A DNA stretch of 64,000 nt from the NCBI GenBank assembly GCA_041690395.1, contig JAWLHJ010000001.1, positions 608,001-672,000 of the forward strand, written 5' to 3'. Below are positions 1 to 8,923 of this stretch, in pieces (positions within the stretch are counted from its first letter, which is position 1; each line of letters opens with the position of its first letter). Source of the stretch: Longimicrobiales bacterium (lineage in GTDB: Bacteria > Gemmatimonadota > Gemmatimonadetes > Longimicrobiales > Gaopeijiaceae). Below the pieces are notes generated by a model, which had not been told where the DNA came from, did no database searches, and worked only from the letters and a program-made list of their open reading frames with translations. Both the position numbers and the translations under genes were made by a program.

Positions 1-31
1 CGCGGTCGCCTCCCGCGACGCGAGGGGTGAC

Positions 32-75
32 CGGGCGGGTTCGGCGAGTGTGCCGGACCCGCCCGTTTCTCTTTC
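32..75 (+). terminator. Rho-independent terminator of an upstream gene
   Basis: 15-bp stem (32-46/51-65, two G-U pairs), 4-nt loop, then TTTCTCTTTC; lies just after a TGA at 28-30. Confidence 0.75.
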
Positions 76-116
76 TCGGCCTTGACGGAGCCCGCTCCGT
101 CGGCGATCAGTCCACG

Positions 117-881
117 ATGACCCACCAACGAACCTGGGGCGAAGTGGACCTCGCGCCCGACGATCCGGTCGACCTCACGCTCGGGTCGCTTCGCTTGCGC
201 ATGAAGCGGCGCGGCAGTGAGATCTGGCTACTGACCGAGCGGGACGACCGGGCCCGCGACACCGACGGCGAGTGGCAGCGCTGGGCCGTGCCGGAAGACG
301 TCATCGTGCGTATGCGTCCGGCCCTTCCCGAGCGGCTCCTCGTCGTCTCCCACGAGCTCCCGTTCCACCTTCCCGGGCACGGTGAGGCGGATGTGTATGT
401 CCGGATTCCCCTGTTCGTGCAGGTCGTGGTGAGCGGCGCGAGGATGGGCGAGCTGGTCGTGCTCGACGAACCGAGCTTCGTCCTTTCGGACACATGGTGG
501 GGAACCGTCGCGGAGGGCGAGCTGGCCTACTGGCTGGAGACCAAGGCCCGGGCCGAGATCTCGCCCGACCTGTTCGTCCCCCACATCGCCATGTGCCCGA
601 TCCACCTCGAGAACGGGTCGGACCATCCGCTCCCGGTCGACCGGTTCGCCGTGCGCGCGCTCCACCTGTCGCTGTTCGAGCACGACGGTCGGGTCTGGAC
701 GGACGATGTCCGGGTGCGCTACATGGCCTCGACCGAGGGGAGTGAGATCCGCTTCGGCGGCGAGGCGCCCGAGGAGGAGCCGTCGGGAAGACGGCTGGCC
801 GACCCGAGGGTGGCGATCCGGAGGGGACTCCAGGCCCGGACCTTCGACCGTCTCCGCTCCCTCTCGGTGCTGGGCGGGTGA
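117..881 (+). CDS. DUF432-like hypothetical protein
   Basis: ORF 27..881; ATG 117 chosen because it lies after the terminator. SDTWWG...EGELAY and 'ADVYVRIPL' segments recall DUF432-type proteins. Confidence 0.55.
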   Translation: MTHQRTWGEVDLAPDDPVDLTLGSLRLRMKRRGSEIWLLTERDDRARDTDGEWQRWAVPEDVIVRMRPALPERLLVVSHELPFHLPGHGEADVYVRIPLFVQVVVSGARMGELVVLDEPSFVLSDTWWGTVAEGELAYWLETKARAEISPDLFVPHIAMCPIHLENGSDHPLPVDRFAVRALHLSLFEHDGRVWTDDVRVRYMASTEGSEIRFGGEAPEEEPSGRRLADPRVAIRRGLQARTFDRLRSLSVLGG

Positions 882-885
882 AGCG

Positions 886-1782
886 ATGATCCTCCAGGAC
901 ACGATCGCAGTCGCTCCAGAGACGGCCACGAACATCCTGGGCGCTCTGCCGCTGGGTACGGCCCTCCGCGCCGTCGTGATGGTGCTCGTCGGTATGCCGC
1001 TCGTCTTCCTGGCGAGCCGGGGCACGCGCGCCTGGATGACGGGGCGCGTCCACGCCCAGGCCGGACTCGTCACCGGCAAGCTCATGCTCTACGGCGGACT
1101 CCTGATCGTCGTGGTGTCGACGCTCCGGGAGCTCGGGTTCAGCCTGGCGCCTCTGCTCGGAGCCGCAGGCGTGCTCGGGATCGCGCTCGGCTTCGCGTCG
1201 CAGACCAGTATCTCGAACGTCATCAGTGGGCTCTTCCTCATCGCCGAGCGTCCCTTCGTCGTGGACGACCTCATCGAGGTCGGCGGTGTCACGGGCCGCG
1301 TCGTCTCCATCGACACGCTCAGCGTCCAGCTTCGCACCTTCGACAACCGGATGGTGCGCATACCCAACGAGACGTTGGTGAAGAGCCAGATGATCAACAT
1401 CACGCGCTTCCCGATCCGTCGGGTGGACGTGCGGATCGGGGTCGCCTACAAGGAAGACGCGGCCCGCATCCGGGCGCTCCTGCTCGATATCGCCGAGCGG
1501 AACCCGACGTGCCTCATGGAGCCCGAGCCGGTGGTGGTCTTCGAGGGATTCGGGGAGTCGTCGCTGAACTTCCTCTTCGGCGTCTGGGCCACGCAGGCGA
1601 ACTTCCTGAAGCTCAAGAACGGTATCCAGGAGGACATCAAGGCCCGCTTCGACGCCGAGGGCGTGGAGATCCCGTTCCCCCATAGGACGCTCTACGTGGG
1701 GAGCACGACCGACGCCTTCCCCGTGCGGGTCGTGGGCGCCGAGGGTGAAGCTACGCCGCCCGCCCCCGACTCAGCACCATGA
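886..1782 (+). CDS. mscS: Small-conductance mechanosensitive channel (MscS family)
   Basis: Three TM helices; AGVLGIALGFASQ..SNVISG, RPF..DD.I, RTFDNRMVRIPNE, FGESSLNF motifs; ATG 4 nt after the upstream stop. Confidence 0.92.
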   Translation: MILQDTIAVAPETATNILGALPLGTALRAVVMVLVGMPLVFLASRGTRAWMTGRVHAQAGLVTGKLMLYGGLLIVVVSTLRELGFSLAPLLGAAGVLGIALGFASQTSISNVISGLFLIAERPFVVDDLIEVGGVTGRVVSIDTLSVQLRTFDNRMVRIPNETLVKSQMINITRFPIRRVDVRIGVAYKEDAARIRALLLDIAERNPTCLMEPEPVVVFEGFGESSLNFLFGVWATQANFLKLKNGIQEDIKARFDAEGVEIPFPHRTLYVGSTTDAFPVRVVGAEGEATPPAPDSAP

Positions 1783-3709
1783 GTTGATAGGGCTCCAGCA
1801 CCAATTCCTTCGTGGCGGTCACGGTCCGGCCGGCGTAGAGATCGACGGCGGTCTTGCGGAGGCCCATCTGGCGCAGCCTGCGCGCTTCGACCGCCTGCGG
1901 TCGCTCGGTGAAGTTGGCCAGCACGAAGATCATCCGGTCCTCGTGGCTCCGGATGAAGCCGAAGACGTGTGGGGTCCCGGTGTCCGTGATCTCCGTGTCG
2001 GCCTCCCCGAACGCGGCGTGGCTCTTGCGTAACCTGAGGAGGCGGAGGAGGCCGTGATAGACCCGTCCCGGGACGGAGTCGGGGTCGTGCCGTAGCTGGG
2101 CGCGCTCCGGATCGAACACGGGGCGGTGGAGCCAACGCGAGTCGCCCGTCATCTCGGGCTCCTCGTGGTAGCCGTAGTCGTTCAGCGCAGCGATCTCGTC
2201 CCCGAGGTAGAGCAGGGGGATCCCCCCGATCGTGGCGGCCACACCGTGGATCAGGAGGATGCGCCGGACCGCGAGATCGAGCGCCCCCTCGTCGCCGTCC
2301 TCCAGCGCGCGCTCCACGCCGCACAGGGAGGCGCACGTGCCCGAGACACGGGCCAGCCCGGTGACGGGGTCGGGTTGGAACGGCTCCCCGCGCGCGAAGC
2401 TCCCCTCGAACCGGCCGGTGTAGAAATCGGTCAGGAAGGCCCGGTGCGCCGCCGGATCGAACCCGCTGTCCTGCACCTCCTCGTCCGCGAACGCCCACCC
2501 GATGTCGTCGTGCCCCCGGACGTAGTTGAGCCAGGTGCAGCCCTCGGGGAGCTTGAACCGGCGCGTCATCGACGACCGGAGCACCCGGACGTCACGGGTG
2601 GCCATCGCCTCCCAGAGGAGGGCCATGAGCTGTGGGTTGTACGAGAGGGGACACTCGTCCACGCTCACGTACTTCCGCACCTCGTCCGGGTGCACGATGG
2701 CTTCCGAGAGCAGGGTCATGGCTGGGGCCGCGATCGCCGCGACCGCGTTGAAGGCGCCGATGATCCGGTGCGCTTCCGGCAGGTTCTGGCAGTTGGTCCC
2801 GAGCCGCTTCCAGAGGAAGGCGACGGCGTCGAGGCGAAGCACCTCAACGCCCTGGTTGGCCAGGAACAGCATCTCCTCGACCATCCGGTTGAAGACCACC
2901 GGATTCTCGTAGTTCAGGTCCCATTGGTAGGTGTGGAACGTCGTCCACACCCACTTGCGGATCTCGGAGCGGTAGGTGAACGCTCCCGGGTGGTCGTCGG
3001 TGAAGACTTCGGGCATGCTACGCTCGAACGCGTCGGGCATCTCGCGGTCGGGGTACATGCGATAGTAGGCCTGATGCTCCGCGTCTCCGTCGAGCGCGCG
3101 CTCCGCCCAATCGTGCTCGTCGGACGTGTGGTTGAACACGAAGTCGAGCGTGAGCGAGATCCCCCGATGGCGCAGCTCCGTGGCGAGCTCCGCCAGCTCG
3201 TCCATGGATCCCAGGGCGGGGTCGACGCGCCGGTAGCTCCTCACGGCGTAGCCGCCGTCGTCGTCCCCTTCGGGTGGCTCGAAGAGCGGCATGAGGTGCA
3301 GGCACGTGACGCCGAGCTCGGACAGGTAGGGCACGCGCTCGCGAAGCCCGTCGAGGGTGCCCGCGAACCGGTCGACGTAGCAGGACGCGCCGACCATCTG
3401 GTTCGACTGGTACCAGTGGGGGTCCGCGGCCCGTGTCCCGTCGAGCGCCTTCAGCTCGTCGGAGCGCTCGAGCCACATCTCGGTGGCCGAGACCAGGATG
3501 CTCTCGAGGTGGTAGAAGAAGTCGTAGTGGTGTCCGTAGAGCGCGTGGAGCTGGGTGAAGAGCCGCGGGAAGTGTCTCCGCATGCGTTCCACGTAGGCCT
3601 CCCACTCCGCCGGGTCGGCGTCGGCCGCGAAGCGCGCCTCGATCCTCGGCATGAGGCGCGCGAGCGAGGAGGCGCTGTGCTCCTGGAGCCAGTGCGGGTG
3701 GAGATCCAT
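1751..3709 (-). CDS. Amylosucrase / GH13 sucrose-active glycoside hydrolase
   Basis: DDGGYAV, DFVFNHTSDEH, WTTFHTYQWDLNY, RLDAVAFLWK (nucleophile D), SEAIVHP (acid/base E), HDDIGW, RVSGTCASL: GH13_4 signature. Confidence 0.88.
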   Translation of the reverse strand: MDLHPHWLQEHSASSLARLMPRIEARFAADADPAEWEAYVERMRRHFPRLFTQLHALYGHHYDFFYHLESILVSATEMWLERSDELKALDGTRAADPHWYQSNQMVGASCYVDRFAGTLDGLRERVPYLSELGVTCLHLMPLFEPPEGDDDGGYAVRSYRRVDPALGSMDELAELATELRHRGISLTLDFVFNHTSDEHDWAERALDGDAEHQAYYRMYPDREMPDAFERSMPEVFTDDHPGAFTYRSEIRKWVWTTFHTYQWDLNYENPVVFNRMVEEMLFLANQGVEVLRLDAVAFLWKRLGTNCQNLPEAHRIIGAFNAVAAIAAPAMTLLSEAIVHPDEVRKYVSVDECPLSYNPQLMALLWEAMATRDVRVLRSSMTRRFKLPEGCTWLNYVRGHDDIGWAFADEEVQDSGFDPAAHRAFLTDFYTGRFEGSFARGEPFQPDPVTGLARVSGTCASLCGVERALEDGDEGALDLAVRRILLIHGVAATIGGIPLLYLGDEIAALNDYGYHEEPEMTGDSRWLHRPVFDPERAQLRHDPDSVPGRVYHGLLRLLRLRKSHAAFGEADTEITDTGTPHVFGFIRSHEDRMIFVLANFTERPQAVEARRLRQMGLRKTAVDLYAGRTVTATKELVLEPYQLMVLSRGRAA

Positions 3710-3762
3710 GGTCGCTGCGGGAGGGCGCGGGTGCGGGAGGGTGCGGGTGACGGACGTGAGGG

Positions 3763-4263
3763 TCAGCGGTAGTTGCCGAACATCAGCTCGACGCCGTAGT
3801 CGCCCTTCTTCACCAGGGCGATCACGTCCTGGAGCACGTCCCGGGAGGCCGATGTCACGCGCAGCTCCTCACCCTGGATCTGCACCTGGACCTTCTTCAA
3901 GCCGGAGTCACGGATGTCCTTGGAGATGCGCTTGGCGGTCTCCTGATCGATGCCCTGCTTGAGCGTAACCGTCTGGCGGGCCCGGCCCAGCGTCCCGACC
4001 TCGACCTTTCCGAGGTCGATGTTCTTCAACGGAACGTTCCGCCGGCTGAGCTTCTCCCTCAGGACGCCCAGCACGGCCTGCAGGCGGTACTCGTCGTCGG
4101 CGTCGAGCTTCACGGCACCGGCATCCCGGTCGAGCTCGACGGTGCAGCTCGTACCCTTGAAGTCGTAGCGCGTCTGGATCTCCTTCATCGTCTGGTTGAC
4201 GGCGTTGTCGACTTCCTGGAGGTCGACGGATGTCGAGATGTCGAAGGACTGGTTCTTGGCCAT
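3763..4263 (-). CDS. yajQ: YajQ family nucleotide (c-di-GMP)-binding protein
   Basis: SFDI.S.VDLQEVDNAVNQ, RYDFKG, VQVQIQGEELRVT, C-terminal FGNYR; start moved to ATG 4263. Confidence 0.95.
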   Translation of the reverse strand: MAKNQSFDISTSVDLQEVDNAVNQTMKEIQTRYDFKGTSCTVELDRDAGAVKLDADDEYRLQAVLGVLREKLSRRNVPLKNIDLGKVEVGTLGRARQTVTLKQGIDQETAKRISKDIRDSGLKKVQVQIQGEELRVTSASRDVLQDVIALVKKGDYGVELMFGNYR

Positions 4264-4303
4264 GACGGAGCAGGGGCTGGGGTTTCCGGGGCGCGGAAGA
4301 TAA

Positions 4304-4528
4304 TCAGCTTGGCTGGACGGTGCGAAGCCGGTCGAGCCGGATCTCGGTGCCGTCGTCCAGCCGCAGGTATTCCGCACCGTCGCGAGCGAAGACGTCGACG
4401 ATGCGCCCCGATGCGGAGCGCTCCGAGCCGTCGGGGGCAACGAAGCGCACGTCGCAGACGCTTCCGAGCGTCGCATAGGACTCGAGACGGTCGTGCACGC
4501 CGCAGTCGATCGGCTGGTAGTCGGTCAT
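4304..4528 (-). CDS. rof: Rho-binding antiterminator Rof/YaeO family
   Basis: 74 aa, MTDYQPIDC..HDRLE...AEYL......EIRLDR matches the Rof pattern (YQPINC..YD.LE...EYL...LRLD); ATGA overlap with the upstream ATPase stop. Confidence 0.8.
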   Translation of the reverse strand: MTDYQPIDCGVHDRLESYATLGSVCDVRFVAPDGSERSASGRIVDVFARDGAEYLRLDDGTEIRLDRLRTVQPS

Positions 4529-5676
4529 GGGTCGTGAACGCTGCGCCCCTGCTGGTCGAAGAGGTACAACGCGGTTGGGGGAAAGCGTAAGGCCACGCGC
4601 CCGCCGAGCGGCGGCGGCCGGCGGCCGCGATCCACTCGGGCGGCGAGCAGCCCGGGGCTGGCCGAGTCGGCCGAACGCGTAACGTCGACGGTCTTGAAGC
4701 CCATGCTCACGTGGAGCACGCGCTCGCTGCCGAGCTCCTCGACCGCTTCGATCGTACCCGGTACCCCGACCTGATCGTTCCCGGCGAGCTCGACGTCCTC
4801 GGGACGTATGCCGACGACGACGGCGGACCCGGGGGTGAGACGCCCGGCCCTGCTCTTCGCCCCGATCTCGACCGGCATCGGTCTCTCGAGGCCCGGGAGG
4901 TTCACCGCGACGGACCCGTCGCCGGACCGTGCCGCCACCTCGGCTTCGAAGAGATTCATGCCGGGCTGCCCCAGGAACGCCGCCACGAAGGTGTTCGCAG
5001 GGCGCTCGTAAAGCTTTTGCCCGGAGGCGCACTGCTGGATCCGGCCGTCCCGCATCACGGCCACGCGGTCGCCCAGGCTCAGCGCCTCGACCTGGTCGTG
5101 GGTCACGTGTACGGTCGTCACCAGGAGCTTCCGCTGGATGCGGCGGACCTCCTCGCGTACGTGGGTCCGCAGCCGAGCATCCAGGTTGGACAGCGGCTCG
5201 TCGAGGAGGAAGGCCGCGGGATGGCGGACGAGTGCCCGGCCCATGGCCACCCGTTGCTGCTGACCGCCCGAGAGCGCGCCGGGGCGCGCGTCCAGCAGGT
5301 CCTCGAGCTCGAGCAGCGCCGCGATCTCCTCGACCCGTCTGCGGCGCTCGTCACGGGCGACGCCGCGCATCCGGAGCGGGAAGTCGATGTTGCCGCGCAC
5401 GGTCATGTGCCCGTAGAGCGCGTAGTTCTGGAAGACCATCGCCACGTCCCGCCGGTCCGGTGGCTCCTGGTTCACGCACCGATCGCCGAGGTGGATCGTG
5501 CCGCTGGAGAGCGGCTCCAGGCCGGCGATCAGCCTGAGCACCGTGGATTTGCCGCACCCCGACGGTCCGAGCAGGACCACCAGCTCCCCGTCTCCGACGG
5601 TGAGGCTCAGATCCCGGACGGCGTGGGTCCCGTCCGGATAGATCTTGTCGATGCCTTTCAGGGTTATGCTGGCCAT
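4525..5676 (-). CDS. Carbohydrate ABC transporter ATP-binding protein (MalK/UgpC-like)
   Basis: GPSGCGKST, MVFQNYALY, LSGGQQQRVAMGR, LLDEPLSNLDA, HVTHDQ; C-terminal TOBE region. Confidence 0.95.
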   Translation of the reverse strand: MASITLKGIDKIYPDGTHAVRDLSLTVGDGELVVLLGPSGCGKSTVLRLIAGLEPLSSGTIHLGDRCVNQEPPDRRDVAMVFQNYALYGHMTVRGNIDFPLRMRGVARDERRRRVEEIAALLELEDLLDARPGALSGGQQQRVAMGRALVRHPAAFLLDEPLSNLDARLRTHVREEVRRIQRKLLVTTVHVTHDQVEALSLGDRVAVMRDGRIQQCASGQKLYERPANTFVAAFLGQPGMNLFEAEVAARSGDGSVAVNLPGLERPMPVEIGAKSRAGRLTPGSAVVVGIRPEDVELAGNDQVGVPGTIEAVEELGSERVLHVSMGFKTVDVTRSADSASPGLLAARVDRGRRPPPLGGRVALRFPPTALYLFDQQGRSVHDP

Positions 5677-5683
5677 GTCGTCT

Positions 5684-6556
5684 CTAGCCTTTGATGCCGG
5701 CCGCCGCGACGCTGCGCGCGAACCACCGTTGCAGGATGGCGAAGAGGATCGCCACGGGCGCCACCATCATCACCGCGAACGCCATCACGTCTCCCCACTG
5801 TACGGGAGGGAGCGCCCTGAAGGTGGCGATGCCCAGGGGAAGCGGTCGGGCGTCGACCCGGCTCGTCACCAGAAGGGGCCACAGGTACAACCCCCAGTGG
5901 AGGACGAAGGTGATGATGGCGACCGTGGCGAATACGGCGCGCGACGACGGTACCACGATCTCGAGGAACGTGCGCCACGGGCCTGCGCCGTCGATCCGGG
6001 CGGCGTCCTCGACCTCACGCGGGAAGTCGAGGAAGAACGTGTAGAAGATGAAGATGGAGAGCGCGTTGGCGACGAACGGCAGGATCTGGACGAGGTATCC
6101 GTCGCGCCATCCGAGGGTCGTCACCGCGTAGAAGAGGGGGACCGCGATCGCTTCGAAAGGCACGATGAGCAGCGCCAGCACGAGCGCGAGCGACCAGCGC
6201 CGGCCCGGCCATTCGAGCCGCGCGAGCGCGTAGGCCGCGGTGGCGTTGACGGCGAGTCCCCCGACGACGATGGAGGCGTTGATGACGAGGGTGTTCCAGA
6301 ACATCCGGGCGAACGCGACCCGCTGGAAGACGTCCACATAGTTCTCGAGGGTCGGGTCGGCCGGGACGAGCCCGCGCAGCGTTCCCGCCTCGGGGAGCAC
6401 GCGTCCCTCCGGACGGAAGCTCGCAGCCACCATGACGAGAATCGGCGCGACCCAGACGAGCGCGGCGGCGGCCAGCAGGGCGTACGTCGCGCTCCGGCGC
6501 AAGGCGGTCCCCGAGCGCCACGACCGCCCGTCACCGGACCGCCCGCGCCCCCTCAC
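5684..6556 (-). CDS. Carbohydrate ABC transporter permease (MalG-like)
   Basis: C-terminal part of ORF 5684..8062; EAA loop EVEDAARIDGAG, W..YLWPL; GTG 6556 overlaps the upstream TGA. Confidence 0.9.
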   Translation of the reverse strand: MRGRGRSGDGRSWRSGTALRRSATYALLAAAALVWVAPILVMVAASFRPEGRVLPEAGTLRGLVPADPTLENYVDVFQRVAFARMFWNTLVINASIVVGGLAVNATAAYALARLEWPGRRWSLALVLALLIVPFEAIAVPLFYAVTTLGWRDGYLVQILPFVANALSIFIFYTFFLDFPREVEDAARIDGAGPWRTFLEIVVPSSRAVFATVAIITFVLHWGLYLWPLLVTSRVDARPLPLGIATFRALPPVQWGDVMAFAVMMVAPVAILFAILQRWFARSVAAAGIKG

Positions 6557-7479
6557 CGTCGCCGCCCGGCCAAAGAGATGAACAGCACGACGAGGAAGAA
6601 CACCACGCTCATGGCCGCCGACAACGCCACCTGTTGCCGGTCGAACGCCGCCGTGACCGCCTCGTACATCACGGTCGTCGTACGCTCCTGGGGGCCACCC
6701 CGGGTGAGGATGCGGACCTGGTCGAACAGCCTGAACGAGAGGATCGCGGTGATGACCGCCACCAGGATCAAGGGCCGGCGGAGCCCGGGCAGCGTCACGT
6801 GGCGGAACCGCTGCAGCGCGCCGGCGCCGTCCAGCGCGGCCGCGTCGTGCAGCCGACCGGGTATCGCCTGGAGGCCGGCGGACAGGATCACCATCTGGAA
6901 GCCCATGCCCTGCCAGATGGAGAGACCGACGATCGCGGGCATCGCGAGCGCCGGGTCTCGCAGGAAATCCCGCGGCGTCCAGGCGCCGAAGCTGAGCGTG
7001 CCGAGGAGCGCGTTGAGCGGACCGTCGGGACCGGGCGCGTACAGCAGCTCCCACACCACGGCGATGAGCGCCATCGGGAACACCACCGGGAGGAGGAGGG
7101 CCACACGCGCGGCCGCCGTGCCGCGGAGCCCCCGGTCGAGCAGCAGGGCCGCCGCGAGGGCGAGGGCGGTCTGCACGGGGACGACGATGGCCGTGAAGTA
7201 CATGTTGTTCAGGAAGGCGCGCTGGAACGTCGTCGACGAGAGCACCCGGACGTACTGTTCGACGCCGACCCAGGACACGGGTAGGGGCGAGCCGAGCCGG
7301 AGATCCGTGAACGAAAGCGCGACCGCCAGGAGGAACGGCGCGGCGACGAAGATGCCGAGGCCGGCCAGGGCGGGAACCGCCATGGACAGGCCCGTGAGGC
7401 CGGCCCCGAGGCCGAGTACGCCGTCGCCGTCGGCACGCGGTACGGACGCTGGGGCCCGGGCGGATGCGGGGGCGCTCAC
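6553..7479 (-). CDS. Carbohydrate ABC transporter permease (MalF-like)
   Basis: SFTD, WVGVEQY, AGLQAIP..LHDAAALDGA, FRHVTLP, LTRGGP. Confidence 0.93.
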   Translation of the reverse strand: MSAPASARAPASVPRADGDGVLGLGAGLTGLSMAVPALAGLGIFVAAPFLLAVALSFTDLRLGSPLPVSWVGVEQYVRVLSSTTFQRAFLNNMYFTAIVVPVQTALALAAALLLDRGLRGTAAARVALLLPVVFPMALIAVVWELLYAPGPDGPLNALLGTLSFGAWTPRDFLRDPALAMPAIVGLSIWQGMGFQMVILSAGLQAIPGRLHDAAALDGAGALQRFRHVTLPGLRRPLILVAVITAILSFRLFDQVRILTRGGPQERTTTVMYEAVTAAFDRQQVALSAAMSVVFFLVVLFISLAGRRR

Positions 7480-8798
7480 GGTCGACGGAACTCCTGGTTG
7501 TCGCGGATCTCGCGGTCGATGGTCCGGGCGGCGTCACGCAGCAGCGGACCGACCGGCTCGCCGTTTCGAAGCGCGTCGAATGCGTCCTGGAAGACGGACG
7601 AGGCGAACGGGTACGCGGGCGTCCTGGGGCGGGGTACGGACCATCCCTCTTCGAGTTGGCGGAGGAGGACGTGGAGGGGTCGTCCCGGCCGGTACGTCTC
7701 GCTCCGTGTCGCGGCCGTTCGGGTGGCGGGTACGGCGCCGTTGGCCGCGGCCATCTCGAGGACCTGCTCGGGCTCCAGGAGGAAGCGGAGGAAGGACGCG
7801 GCCTCCCGCGGATGATCGCTGGTGCGTGGGATCGTCCAGGTCCAGGAGCCCTGGCCGGTCCGGGTTCCATGCCCGAAATCCGGGAGCGGGAGCACGAGCA
7901 GGCGCTCCGACAGGGCTTCCCGGTAGCGGGGAAAGTCCCAATGCCCGCTCCACGAGAGGGCCACCCGGCCGGTGGTGAACGCGACGTCGTCCAGGTTCGG
8001 ATCCACGAATCCGTCCACGAGCCATCGCTGCAACGCCTCGGCGGCTCTGGACGAGCCGTCACCGTCGAGGACCCCGCGGGCCGTCGGCGTGTCGCCGGAC
8101 GTGTCGAGCAGTCCGCCGCCCGCCGACCGGAGCGCCGGCTGGAAGGCGTAGGTGAACCACTCCCCCTCGTAGTTGAGCTTCAGGTCGAGGACGGCACCAT
8201 CGGCGTCCCGTGCTCGCAATTGCCCGAGGATGTCGTCGAGCTCGGAGACCGTCCAGCCGTCCTCGGGCCCCTGCGGGATGCGCGCGCCGACGCTCGCGAG
8301 CTCGTCGGCGTTCGCGTACAGCGCCAGCCCGGAGTCGAACGTCCCGACGGCGTAGAGCGTGTCGTGCCAGGACCCCTGGGTCCGGACGGAAGGGAGAACG
8401 TCGGACAGAACGCCGTCCGGAAGCAGCCCGTTCAATGGGCGTAGGTGGCCCTGCCATGCGTACGTAGCCACGTACGGACCGTCCAGGTCCAGCAGGTCGG
8501 GGAGCTGCCCCGCGACGGCCGAGGCCTGGACCTGGGCGTTGTACGAGCCCTCGGGCAGGAACGCCAGCGAGACACGGATGGAGTCCTGGGCGCCGTTGAA
8601 CCGGGCCGCCTGCGCCTCCAGCACGGCGCGCTCACCGGGCTGGCCGGCGTGGTACCAGACCTCGAGGGCGACGGTCTCGCGCGCCTCGTCGGTGGACGTG
8701 CCGCACGACGCCGCGGCGAAGCCCAGGCCGAAGGCCATGGCCACGAGAACGCTGCGCGACGGCGGGTATGCGCCGCCGTTCCTCCGGTCTCCACTCAC
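7476..8798 (-). CDS. Sugar ABC transporter substrate-binding lipoprotein
   Basis: Lipobox AASC; SBP_bac_1-like motifs (LPDLLDLDGP, FTTGRVAL..SGHW, PRP.TPAYP); heads the ABC operon. Start uncertain. Confidence 0.88.
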   Translation of the reverse strand: MSGDRRNGGAYPPSRSVLVAMAFGLGFAAASCGTSTDEARETVALEVWYHAGQPGERAVLEAQAARFNGAQDSIRVSLAFLPEGSYNAQVQASAVAGQLPDLLDLDGPYVATYAWQGHLRPLNGLLPDGVLSDVLPSVRTQGSWHDTLYAVGTFDSGLALYANADELASVGARIPQGPEDGWTVSELDDILGQLRARDADGAVLDLKLNYEGEWFTYAFQPALRSAGGGLLDTSGDTPTARGVLDGDGSSRAAEALQRWLVDGFVDPNLDDVAFTTGRVALSWSGHWDFPRYREALSERLLVLPLPDFGHGTRTGQGSWTWTIPRTSDHPREAASFLRFLLEPEQVLEMAAANGAVPATRTAATRSETYRPGRPLHVLLRQLEEGWSVPRPRTPAYPFASSVFQDAFDALRNGEPVGPLLRDAARTIDREIRDNQEFRRP

Positions 8799-8923
8799 CC
8801 GACCACAATGCGGAACTCCTGCGGGCGCTTCAACCGGACGGCGGGGTCCATGTGCGGCTTCCCGTCTCCGGATCGTCCTAGGGGTGTGAAATCGATGGAT
8901 GATGGAGATTCCAAGGAGACCCC

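Noticed and set aside
5684..8062. Apparent 792-aa permease fusion (similarly 11274..13241, 15032..17026, 52465..54198, 4304..5032)
   Set aside because: The N-terminal extensions are Arg/Pro-rich off-frame read-through over real neighbouring genes; true starts overlap the upstream stops or lie further downstream.
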